Below are positions 20,707 through 29,031 of a DNA stretch of 64,000 bases, in pieces. Location of the stretch: the NCBI GenBank assembly GCA_041305085.1, contig JBFYMA010000022.1, forward strand, positions 484 to 64,483, given 5' to 3'. The stretch is from Nanobdellota archaeon (GTDB lineage Archaea; Nanobdellota; Nanobdellia; Woesearchaeales; UBA9642). The notes under the pieces were generated by a model. The model searched no databases. It saw only the letters and a list, made by a program, of their open reading frames with translations, and was not told the origin of the DNA. A program made the position numbers and the translations under genes. The stretch's first letter is position 1. Each line of letters begins with the position of its first letter.

Positions 20707-22688
20707 AAATTTTCAGGATAATAAAAAAGAACTTTAAGCTTTTGCTGAGATCAAAGATTACTGCAATAGTAGTTGTGATAGCGCCTCTTTTGATAATACT
20801 TCTGGCAGGAGTTGCATTTAACAATAAGGACTCCGAGTCAGACCTTATAGTGGGAATATATCTTCAGAAGAATACAACTCTTTCTGCTTCTTTTATGGCC
20901 CAGCTGGAGAACAGCTCTTTTGAAATAACCCATTTTTCTTCTGAGCAGGAATGCAAAGACGCAATAAAGCAGTCCAATATTCAGGCCTGCATGGTTTTTC
21001 CAGAGGACTTTGAGATAATGCAGGATAGGCAGGCAGAGCTTTTTGTGTATGCAGACTATTCCAGGACAAATTTTGTTTTTTATCTTGTTGAATCCATATC
21101 AAAATCATTAAATACAAAAACATCAGAGCTTAGTGTAGGGCTTACAACCCAGATACTCGACGCTCTGGATAATGCAAAGCAAAAGAACTCAGAGGCTAGC
21201 CTCAAGCTGGTACAGATGAAGAGCTCTTTGGAAGAGCTTGAAAACTCCGCAGATACTCTCAAATCAAAACTTGACGCTATAAATGCAGAGAAGGAAAATG
21301 TGGGAATAACAGACATAAGCAGTTCTTTAGTAAACCTAAAAAGCGACATTGATGATCTGAAGCAAGATGGTGTAGATGCAGTGGGAATAGCCATAGAGGC
21401 AGGCGAAGCTGCACTTGATGAATACCCTGATATTTCAGACTGGGGAAACAATAACGAAACTTACAACATACTGATAGATGCCAGAGACCTTAATGACTCA
21501 TTGATTGTAAAAACCCATAATGAGTCAATAAAAGAGATAAATGAAATGCTTGCAACAATTGACGCAGCATCGGAAGCAGTCAAAAAAATTGAGGATAAGC
21601 TTGCAAAAGTGAAGGACTTCAAAACTTCAGGCTCTACAGATCTTTCATCGATAAAAACAAAGCTCACTTCCCTGAAGTCAGATGCAGAAGCCATAAAGTC
21701 GAGCCTTGAAGGAGTCAACCAGCAGATTTCCAGCCTGTCAATAACTTCTGCAGAGCGAATTGTCAACCCTATAAAAACAAACCTTCAGCCTGTTGTCACA
21801 GAGACCAACAACATAAACTATATGTTCCCGTATCTTATAATGCTCATAACTATGTTTGTATGCATTCTTTTATCAAGCACAACAATAATCATGGAGAAAA
21901 AATCCAAGGCTTACTTCAGGAACTTCACAACGCCAACTTCAGACCTAGTTTTTATCATCTCCACATACCTTACAAATATCATAATAGTTGTCTTGCAGCT
22001 TTTTGTGCTTTTTGTGCTTGCAAAATTTGCACTGGGCATACCAATAATAAACAATCTGCACTTTTCAATACTTGCATTGTTTATAGGCATTACTCTTTTC
22101 ACAGCAATAGGTATGGGGATTGGCTACTGGTTCTCAAGCCAGGAGGCTGCAATAATGCTCTCAATGTCAGTTGCAAGCATATTCATCCTGGTGTCCAACC
22201 TCATACTGCCCTTGGAAGTGATGCCTGCAACAATACAGGCAATTGCAGGATACAACCCATATGTGATGCTCTCAGAGCTTTTGAGGCAGCTCATAATCTT
22301 CAACATAATACCAAACACAATAGCATTTACTATGGTGATACTGGCCAGTGCAGCCATACTTATATTCCTTATTATTATTCTTATACAAAAAGTCTCTAAG
22401 CTTGCGTACTTCAAAAAGCTCCCCCACACAAAAAAGCAGAAGCTGGACAAAAGGAAAGAGGTCAGGCACAAAAATGCTTTCAAGCTCTATGAACGGACCA
22501 TTGAAAACCAGATAGACCTTCTTAATGAGCTGAAAAAAATGGATGATGAAACCTTTGCCACCTATGTGAGCAAGGACAAGAATGATTTCTATAACTGGGC
22601 AAAGTATGTGCTCAAGGACAAGAAGCTTGCAAACAAGCTGAAAGTAAGGACAAGGCAGGAAATGATTGGCGCAATAGAGCAGCAATAA
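20703..22688 (+). CDS. ABC-2 type permease with a large coiled-coil ectodomain (YhgE/Pip-like) and a C-terminal cytoplasmic module
   Basis: N-terminal TM, then about 300 aa of coiled-coil/Ser-Thr-rich region, then 5-6 TM helices. ATGA overlap with the ATPase gene. The C-terminal roughly 50 aa share the KDKNDFYNWAKYVL module with the AckA N-terminus. Confidence 0.75.
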   Translation: MKIFRIIKKNFKLLLRSKITAIVVVIAPLLIILLAGVAFNNKDSESDLIVGIYLQKNTTLSASFMAQLENSSFEITHFSSEQECKDAIKQSNIQACMVFPEDFEIMQDRQAELFVYADYSRTNFVFYLVESISKSLNTKTSELSVGLTTQILDALDNAKQKNSEASLKLVQMKSSLEELENSADTLKSKLDAINAEKENVGITDISSSLVNLKSDIDDLKQDGVDAVGIAIEAGEAALDEYPDISDWGNNNETYNILIDARDLNDSLIVKTHNESIKEINEMLATIDAASEAVKKIEDKLAKVKDFKTSGSTDLSSIKTKLTSLKSDAEAIKSSLEGVNQQISSLSITSAERIVNPIKTNLQPVVTETNNINYMFPYLIMLITMFVCILLSSTTIIMEKKSKAYFRNFTTPTSDLVFIISTYLTNIIIVVLQLFVLFVLAKFALGIPIINNLHFSILALFIGITLFTAIGMGIGYWFSSQEAAIMLSMSVASIFILVSNLILPLEVMPATIQAIAGYNPYVMLSELLRQLIIFNIIPNTIAFTMVILASAAILIFLIIILIQKVSKLAYFKKLPHTKKQKLDKRKEVRHKNAFKLYERTIENQIDLLNELKKMDDETFATYVSKDKNDFYNWAKYVLKDKKLANKLKVRTRQEMIGAIEQQ

Positions 22689-22751
22689 ATGAAAGAAGCA
22701 TAGGTCTGCTCCGTAAACAATAAAAACCCCTCCTGATTACTATAGCTAATA

Positions 22752-22943
22752 ATGGACAAAGGGTTTCAGTTTATGCGGTTTGGTGTCATGAGCATTTTGG
22801 GTGCTGCAGGAATGTACTTTTTCAGGGATTCAGCTATGTTTAACATTGCAGCCCTGCTCTTTATAGTTGCTACGTTTATCTTTGCCGCAGTGCTGATAAT
22901 TCCTGACAAATATGGAAACAGGCACATTGCCAGGAGGATATGA
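22752..22943 (+). CDS. small membrane protein (2 TM, hypothetical)
   Basis: 63 aa with two hydrophobic helices. Its stop overlaps the next start (ATGATG). Confidence 0.4.
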   Translation: MDKGFQFMRFGVMSILGAAGMYFFRDSAMFNIAALLFIVATFIFAAVLIIPDKYGNRHIARRI

Positions 22944-23509
22944 TGGGTTGGTTTGTTGCGGCTGTTTCAGGGACTCCAGGAACAGGAAAGACTGCTCTTT
23001 CAAAGCTTCTCGCAAAAAAATTTAATCTTTGTTATTTTGATGTCAACAATTTCATAAAAAAAAATGGGTTGGCAGAAAAATTTGACAAAGAGATGCGCTG
23101 CTGGGTTGTTAATGAGGTAATTCTGGCCAAGAAACTTTCTCAGGAGATTGTGCGCATTGAAAAGCTCCAGCCTGCAATACTGATGGATAAGAAAGACTTT
23201 TTTGCAAGAATAAATAAATTTCTCAACACAAAAAAAAATCCAGGAACAATTAAAGGCAGAAAAAATGTTTCAAAAAAGCAAATATTTGCAGGATTAGTTA
23301 TTGATTCACATCTAAGCCACTATTTGCCAAGAAAAATTGTGGATTTATGCATAATAACCAAGACTAGCCTGAAAACACTTCAAAAAAGGCTCAAAAAAAG
23401 GAGATATTCTAAAAAAAAAATAAGAAAAAATCTCGAAGCAGAGGCGTTTGACACCTGCTATGAAGAGGCGCTCCACAAAAATCACAAAATAATTGTTTAC
23501 AATAATTAA
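22943..23509 (+). CDS. Fap7/adenylate-kinase-6-like P-loop NTPase
   Basis: VAAVSGTPGTGKTALSK Walker A within 10 aa of the N-terminus, about 185 aa. AGGAGGA SD upstream. Start could be 22940 or 22943. Confidence 0.65.
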   Translation: MGWFVAAVSGTPGTGKTALSKLLAKKFNLCYFDVNNFIKKNGLAEKFDKEMRCWVVNEVILAKKLSQEIVRIEKLQPAILMDKKDFFARINKFLNTKKNPGTIKGRKNVSKKQIFAGLVIDSHLSHYLPRKIVDLCIITKTSLKTLQKRLKKRRYSKKKIRKNLEAEAFDTCYEEALHKNHKIIVYNN

Positions 23510-23510
23510 G

Positions 23511-24143
23511 ATGGATAAAACAAAAGCCAAAAGAATTGTGGAGATTCTTTACAAAGAATATCCTGAAGCAAAAACCTCTTTGAATTACAGGCATCCAATG
23601 GACCTGCTTGTTGCAACAATACTTTCTGCCCAGTGCACAGATGCAAGGGTTAATATTGTAACAAAGGAATTGTTCAAAAAATACAAGACACCTAAGGAAT
23701 ATGCTAATGCAAATCTAAAAACCTTTGAACAGGAAATAAAGAGTACTGGTTTTTACAGGAACAAGGCCAAAAACATTATTCTTGCTGCAAAGATAATCCA
23801 GCAAAAGCACAAAGGAATAATTCCTCTTTCAATGGATGAGCTTATTGCATTGCCTGGCATTGGCAGAAAGACTGCCAACGTCATAATAAGCAATGTGACT
23901 GGCAAGCACGAAGGAATAGTTGTTGATACACACGTAAAAAGGCTGTCTTACAGAATTGGATTTACTGAAAACAAGCAGCCTGAAAAAATAGAAAAAGATC
24001 TTGTAAATCTTTTTGAAAAAAAAGACTGGGGATTCCTGAGCCATGCGCTTATATTCCACGGCAGGAAAATATGCACAGCCCGAAAAACCCACTGTGAAAA
24101 ATGCATACTTAATAAGCAGTGCAGGAGCGCTTTTAAGGTTTAG
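23511..24143 (+). CDS. nth: endonuclease III (HhH-GPD DNA glycosylase with 4Fe-4S)
   Basis: HhH-GPD motif LPGIGRKTANVI..D and a C-terminal Fe-S cluster C..(6)..C..C..(5)..C (CTARKTHCEKCILNKQC). Confidence 0.88.
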   Translation: MDKTKAKRIVEILYKEYPEAKTSLNYRHPMDLLVATILSAQCTDARVNIVTKELFKKYKTPKEYANANLKTFEQEIKSTGFYRNKAKNIILAAKIIQQKHKGIIPLSMDELIALPGIGRKTANVIISNVTGKHEGIVVDTHVKRLSYRIGFTENKQPEKIEKDLVNLFEKKDWGFLSHALIFHGRKICTARKTHCEKCILNKQCRSAFKV

Positions 24144-24152
24144 AAAATTTAT

Positions 24153-24275
24153 TGAAAATTTCGACTAAAAGGAAAAATTTCTATGGGTTGAATATCACAG
24201 AGTGCAGCAATCTTTGATTGCTCTGCACCTCGACCTTTAGGTTGAGGATAGGGCGAACCTATCAGTAATCAGGTG
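24153..24275 (+). repeat. structured intergenic repeat element, copy 1 (deletion-derivative of the composite form)
   Basis: ttgaaaatttcgactaaaagg...gaatatcacagagtgcagcaatctttgattgctctgcacc...cctttaggttgagg...atcaggtgcatttttgtt. The sequence is shared with copies at 50030, 47212 and 36624. Confidence 0.75.
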
Positions 24276-24287
24276 CATTTTTGTTAT

Positions 24288-24728
24288 TTATATTTCTATC
24301 CTATTTTTAAAAATATCAAATTTTTCAAACTTTGCATTTTGTACTCTTGTTTCAAGCCCAGGGTCATTACCTCTTCTTTCAAAAAAGCGCCTCTGCTCGT
24401 GCATTATGTCTTTATGAGGATCTATTGAGTCACTTTCAATTTCTTTTGCTAGTTTTGCTCTGTCAATAGCGACATATCTGAATTTTAATTCCCCTCTTGA
24501 CATTGAAAAGTATAAAATCTCAGCTATGTTGTCAAGGTAAAGTGTATCTTCTGGTCTTATTTTGTTTAGCCTGCTGAAATCAATTGCTAAATCAAAAGCA
24601 GCAGAATCATCTGAGGCAAGAAATTTGTAACATGACCAGTCTTTCATGATATTATATGAGTATTTTGTTACATGCCCTGTCTTACCATTTTTTACAATGT
24701 ACTTAGCTACGCATATTCTTCTTCTCAT
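24288..24728 (-). CDS. hypothetical protein
   Basis: 146-aa ORF immediately flanked by repeat copy 1. No motif recognised. Confidence 0.45.
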   Translation of the reverse strand: MRRRICVAKYIVKNGKTGHVTKYSYNIMKDWSCYKFLASDDSAAFDLAIDFSRLNKIRPEDTLYLDNIAEILYFSMSRGELKFRYVAIDRAKLAKEIESDSIDPHKDIMHEQRRFFERRGNDPGLETRVQNAKFEKFDIFKNRIEI

Positions 24729-24826
24729 ACTTTGTCTGAAACTTTTTTCTATATAAAAACTTTTCGGGAGTTAAAAATAACAGAGGAAATAAAGTCTTAG
24801 GATTTTTCTATGTTTTAGAAACTGAT

Positions 24827-26245
24827 TCACTCCAGCGTATTATTTTCCAGCTCAACGCACTCCTTTGCTATCTCCAGCTCCTCGTTTGTAGGAATTACCA
24901 TGACCTTGATTTTGGAATCATCACTGCTTATGATTTTTTTGTTCGCTTTGTTTTTTTGGCTGTTCAGCTTTAGCCCTGCAAAAGCCAGCGCTTCACAGAC
25001 TTGTTCTCTGATATACCATGCATTTTCTCCAATGCCTCCTGTAAACACGAGCGCATCCATCCCGTGAAGTATGGTCATGTAGCCGCCTATAAACAGAGTT
25101 ATCCTGTAGGCCAGCATGTCAAGTGCTAGCTGGGCCATCTTGTTGCCATTTAATGAAGCTTCTCTTAGATCCCTTACATCGCTGGAAAGGCCTGCTATGC
25201 CCTTAAGTCCAGAACTTTTGTTAAGAAGATTTTCCATCTTTTCTATCGAGTAGTGCTTTTTTATCAGGAAAAGGACAATTTCAGGGTCTATTTCCCCGCT
25301 TCTGGTTCCCATAATCAACCCATCCAGCGGAGTAAAGCCCATGCTTGTATCGATGCTTTCACCATCTTTTATTGCAGTTATAGAGCTACCGTTTCCTAGA
25401 TGGCAGACAATCATTTCGTGGCTTTCTTTTTCAAGAATGTCTGAAGCCTTTCCTGCAACGTACCGGGTGCTTATGCCGTGAAAGCCATACTTTCTTATGC
25501 CATATTTTTCATAGAGCTCGTAAGGGATGCCATAAAGAAATGCCTGCTTGGGAATTGTTGAATGGAACGCTGTGTCAAAAACTGCAACCTGTTTTTTGTC
25601 TGGAAGAATTTTTCTGCATGCATTGATTCCTGCAAGGTTTGCAGGGTTGTGCAGCGGAGCAAACTCTGAAAATTTTTTTATTTCCCTGATAACCTCTTCT
25701 GTTATGAAAACAGGCTTTGAAAACTCTTCTCCTCCATGAACAACTCTGTGCCCTATCAGGGAGATGTCATTAAACGAGGAGATTATTTTGAATGAGATAA
25801 GCGCCTTTAGCGCAAGGGCGACAGCTTCTTCGTGGCTTTTTACAAAAATACTTTTTTTTATGTCCTGCCCGTGCGCACTCACCTGCAGAAAGCATTTTGG
25901 TGTTCCTATTGAATCAAAAACCCCCTTTATAAGCTGGCTTTCTGTCTGTGAATCGATGAGCTGAAACTTTAGCGAGCTGCTGCCTGCATTCAGAACAAGA
26001 ATTTTGAGGCTTCTGTAATTTTGCAGTATTATCAAAAAGTGCTTTTTGTCATAAATATTTTTTATTTCATGCGCAAGCTCGTACATCTTAAGAACATCTT
26101 TTATCCAGTTGTAGAAATCGTTCTTTTTATCGTTTACGTGATGGGTAAACACAGAGTCGTTCATGCTCTTTATGCTTTCTATGAGCCCTTCAAACGAACT
26201 TATCTCTGTGCCATCAATTACTCTGAAAAAACTTTGCTTGTCCAT
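24827..26245 (-). CDS. ackA: acetate kinase with an approximately 75-aa N-terminal extension
   Basis: ILVLNAGSSSLKFQL (ASKHA phosphate-1), HRVVHGG, GFTPLDGL.MGTRSG.IDP, and a C-terminal ELENNTLE-type end. The N-terminal extension carries the DKKNDFYNWIKDVL module. Confidence 0.88.
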   Translation of the reverse strand: MDKQSFFRVIDGTEISSFEGLIESIKSMNDSVFTHHVNDKKNDFYNWIKDVLKMYELAHEIKNIYDKKHFLIILQNYRSLKILVLNAGSSSLKFQLIDSQTESQLIKGVFDSIGTPKCFLQVSAHGQDIKKSIFVKSHEEAVALALKALISFKIISSFNDISLIGHRVVHGGEEFSKPVFITEEVIREIKKFSEFAPLHNPANLAGINACRKILPDKKQVAVFDTAFHSTIPKQAFLYGIPYELYEKYGIRKYGFHGISTRYVAGKASDILEKESHEMIVCHLGNGSSITAIKDGESIDTSMGFTPLDGLIMGTRSGEIDPEIVLFLIKKHYSIEKMENLLNKSSGLKGIAGLSSDVRDLREASLNGNKMAQLALDMLAYRITLFIGGYMTILHGMDALVFTGGIGENAWYIREQVCEALAFAGLKLNSQKNKANKKIISSDDSKIKVMVIPTNEELEIAKECVELENNTLE

Positions 26246-26271
26246 CTACAACCCCTTTTTTTTTTGACAAT

Positions 26272-27231
26272 TTACTCGTAAAGCGCTTCAAACGCAGTGA
26301 TGCCTGCAATGTTGAAAATGTCCTGAACGCTTGCTCCCCTGCTCATGTCATTGACGGGCTTTTTCAGGCCCTGCAGCAGTGGTCCCAGGGCGGTGAAGCC
26401 CCCAAGCCTTTCTGCAATTTTATATGAGATGTTGCCTGAGTTCAGGTCTGGAAAGATGAAAATGTTTGCCTTTCCGTTGAGAGTGCTTTTCTTTTTTTTG
26501 GATATTTCAGGGATTATGGCTGCATCAAACTGCACTTCACCATCAATTGCAAGAGATGGGTTTTTGGCCTGTGCTATTTCTGTGGCTTTTTTTACTTTGT
26601 CAACCATTTCATGCTTTGCAGAGCCCTTTGTTGAAAACGAAAGCATTGCCACTTTTGGGGAAATGCTGAACATTTTTGCTGTTTCTGCAGTTGTTAGTGC
26701 GATTTCTGCAAGCTCTTCTGCTGAAGGGCTTATCACAAGCCCGCAGTCAGAAAAAAAGTATTCTATATTGTTCTTTATCATAAGAAAATAGCTTGAAGCC
26801 CTCTCACCTTTTGTTCCAACAATGTGAAATGCGGGCAGAAAGGGCTTTGTAGAGCTGTTGTACCCTGAAACCATGCCGTCAACCAATCCATTTCTTAAAA
26901 GCATTGCGCCAAAATAATTGCTTTGCAGAACAGTTTCCCTAGCTTTTTCAGGGGTCATTTCTTTGCGCTTTCTCAACTCAAAATACTGGTCTGCAAAGCT
27001 TTCAGTGTTTTGGTCATACAAAGGATCCCTTATCTCAAACTTGTCCATGCTTATCCTGTTTTTTTTGCAGAGCTGTTCAATTGTGGGCCTATAGCCAACA
27101 AAATAAGGAATTGCAAGTCCCTGCTTCACAAGCATTGCTCCTGCCTTCAGAACATTTGGCTCGTGGCCGTCAGGAAAAACAATCCTGAGATTCTTTCCCT
27201 TAATCCTTTTTTGTATTTTTTGGAGTATTTT
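26272..27231 (-). CDS. pta: phosphate acetyltransferase (phosphotransacetylase)
   Basis: RIVFPDGHEP N-terminal motif and a Pta/PTB fold throughout (SDCGLVISP, ADILV-like regions). Lies 26 nt upstream of ackA on the same strand. Start trimmed from 27261 to 27231. Confidence 0.85.
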   Translation of the reverse strand, partial: KILQKIQKRIKGKNLRIVFPDGHEPNVLKAGAMLVKQGLAIPYFVGYRPTIEQLCKKNRISMDKFEIRDPLYDQNTESFADQYFELRKRKEMTPEKARETVLQSNYFGAMLLRNGLVDGMVSGYNSSTKPFLPAFHIVGTKGERASSYFLMIKNNIEYFFSDCGLVISPSAEELAEIALTTAETAKMFSISPKVAMLSFSTKGSAKHEMVDKVKKATEIAQAKNPSLAIDGEVQFDAAIIPEISKKKKSTLNGKANIFIFPDLNSGNISYKIAERLGGFTALGPLLQGLKKPVNDMSRGASVQDIFNIAGITAFEALYE

Positions 27232-27787
27232 CATTTTTTCTAAGTTTTTTGTAAGCCACAAATATGACTATTACAAGCTCGACAAGTATTATTATTGGCC
27301 TCATAACTCGTTCTGCATCGCTGAAATAAATAACAGTGCCTATGAACAGGGTTAACAGGCCGCCAAACATAAATCCTGTTGATACTATGTCATTTACCTT
27401 GCTTTTGGCTGTGGGAAAATAAAGCCCTCCTATTATTGCCAAAAGGCCCAATATTGCTGAATAAAGGAAAATGTAAAAGTTGAAATTTTTCTGGGAATTA
27501 TCATAGTCCTTGCTGCATGTGTTGCAGTAATGAGAGAATGTGCACCCGTTTTCATCATATTCATATTCTGTAAATCCTCCTGAGTTCCAGCATGCCTGCT
27601 CTTCCTGTGCAGGAACAGAATAGTTCTGGCAGGAGCTTCTGCTGTCAACAGCTTTTATAGGAAGCCCTCTGGAGCAGAAGTCTTCATAGTCTGGCTTGTC
27701 ATGGATTGCGTAAACAAGGCTGAAAACAAACACAGAGAACAGGATGGTAATAGCCAGCCCTATGATGATGTTCTTGAAGTCTGCCAT
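27200..27787 (-). CDS. membrane protein with a Cys-rich extracytoplasmic loop (hypothetical)
   Basis: 195 aa. N-terminal TM, then a Cys-rich segment (C..C..C..C..C..C), then 3 further TM helices. Its 3' end overlaps the pta start by about 30 nt. Confidence 0.5.
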   Translation of the reverse strand: MADFKNIIIGLAITILFSVFVFSLVYAIHDKPDYEDFCSRGLPIKAVDSRSSCQNYSVPAQEEQACWNSGGFTEYEYDENGCTFSHYCNTCSKDYDNSQKNFNFYIFLYSAILGLLAIIGGLYFPTAKSKVNDIVSTGFMFGGLLTLFIGTVIYFSDAERVMRPIIILVELVIVIFVAYKKLRKNENTPKNTKKD

Positions 27788-27832
27788 AAAACAGGATTAA
27801 GGGGCTTTGTTTAAATATTTAGTGGTTAACTT

Positions 27833-28975
27833 CTAGATATAGCCTCTCTTCCAATACCTTATGATTTCCATTAGTTCAGATACTGATAGGCTTTCATTGA
27901 ACCAGTTGTTTATACACTCAAAAAGCTCAGTGTTATCTATCATTTGGTTGCAGTCTTGGTCTATTGCACTGTTACAAGCTATGCAATTTCCTGAACCGTC
28001 ACATACATTGCTGCCTGTACATGACTCATCCTGCTGGCCAAACAGCACAGGAATTTGCTGGCATCCATTGCTGCACACAGGCTCATAGCATAAGTTGTCA
28101 GGGCACAAGTAATCATAATTTGAGCAGTTGTCTCCTGCATCGCAGCTGTTGTCTGTGCAGGGCCCTGTTGGCTGTGAAACAAAGTCATAGATGCTGTCAA
28201 CTATGAACTGGGCAAAAAGAGGGCCTGCAGCGTTGTTTCCTGCATCATTTGGATGAGAAGATAATGTGCCAACATACTCATCAGCCAAAAAATTGTCAGG
28301 TCCGACAGTAATACTCCTGTAATCAAAAATGTAAATGTTGGGATGAGTTTTGCCGTCTTCTGTAAGAAACTCATTTTTCATCCATTCTGAAAACTGCGTT
28401 GCGCGTAAAGCATTTGAAGCATTTGTTTCAGACTCTCTTCTCGGAGGAAGAGTCCAGAGGATAAAAATATTGTCAGGATAGCTGTCCATTAAGTCCCTCA
28501 AAGCCCTGTACTGGAGCTTGTAGTTTTCTATTGATTTTCTGTTTGATGAAATGTCTGGGCTTCCTGTGTCTGCCAGAACGTCAGAGCTGGGATAGCAGTG
28601 CTTGTAGATAATTACATCATAATTGCTCGTTAAATAGTCCATGCATACCATGTCAGGGTCAGAATTGGTGCATTCTCCGTTAATCCAAAGGTTCCAGTAA
28701 TCATAGGGATAGTTTGACCAGTTATAAGGTGTGCTTGGATAATATTTGTGGCTTATCTGAAAGCTTGTGCTGTGTGCTGAGTTGTATTCTGAAAACCATG
28801 CTGGAACGCTCTTGGCTGGATAAGTGTAAACCCCGTTTCCTGTGGAATGGTGAAGGAAATGAATTTTCTGGAAATCATCAATTGTGTACGCAGATGTAAT
28901 GCTGGCAAAAATCATTGCGCTGCAGAGCAGTGTAAAAAATATGAGGATTGTGGAAAAAGAGCTTTTTTTTAACAT
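27833..28975 (-). CDS. secreted protein with a Cys-rich region and a C-terminal dockerin/EF-hand-like module
   Basis: Signal peptide (MLKKSSFSTILIFFTLLCSAMIFASITSA). 20+ Cys in the C-terminal third. The terminal DQDCNQMIDNTELFECINNWF...ELMEIIRYW resembles Ca-binding dockerin repeats. Confidence 0.55.
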   Translation of the reverse strand: MLKKSSFSTILIFFTLLCSAMIFASITSAYTIDDFQKIHFLHHSTGNGVYTYPAKSVPAWFSEYNSAHSTSFQISHKYYPSTPYNWSNYPYDYWNLWINGECTNSDPDMVCMDYLTSNYDVIIYKHCYPSSDVLADTGSPDISSNRKSIENYKLQYRALRDLMDSYPDNIFILWTLPPRRESETNASNALRATQFSEWMKNEFLTEDGKTHPNIYIFDYRSITVGPDNFLADEYVGTLSSHPNDAGNNAAGPLFAQFIVDSIYDFVSQPTGPCTDNSCDAGDNCSNYDYLCPDNLCYEPVCSNGCQQIPVLFGQQDESCTGSNVCDGSGNCIACNSAIDQDCNQMIDNTELFECINNWFNESLSVSELMEIIRYWKRGYI

Positions 28976-29031
28976 TGTTACAATTATTTTATTTTTTATA
29001 TATAAATGTTTTCAACACAACTCTTTAAGAA

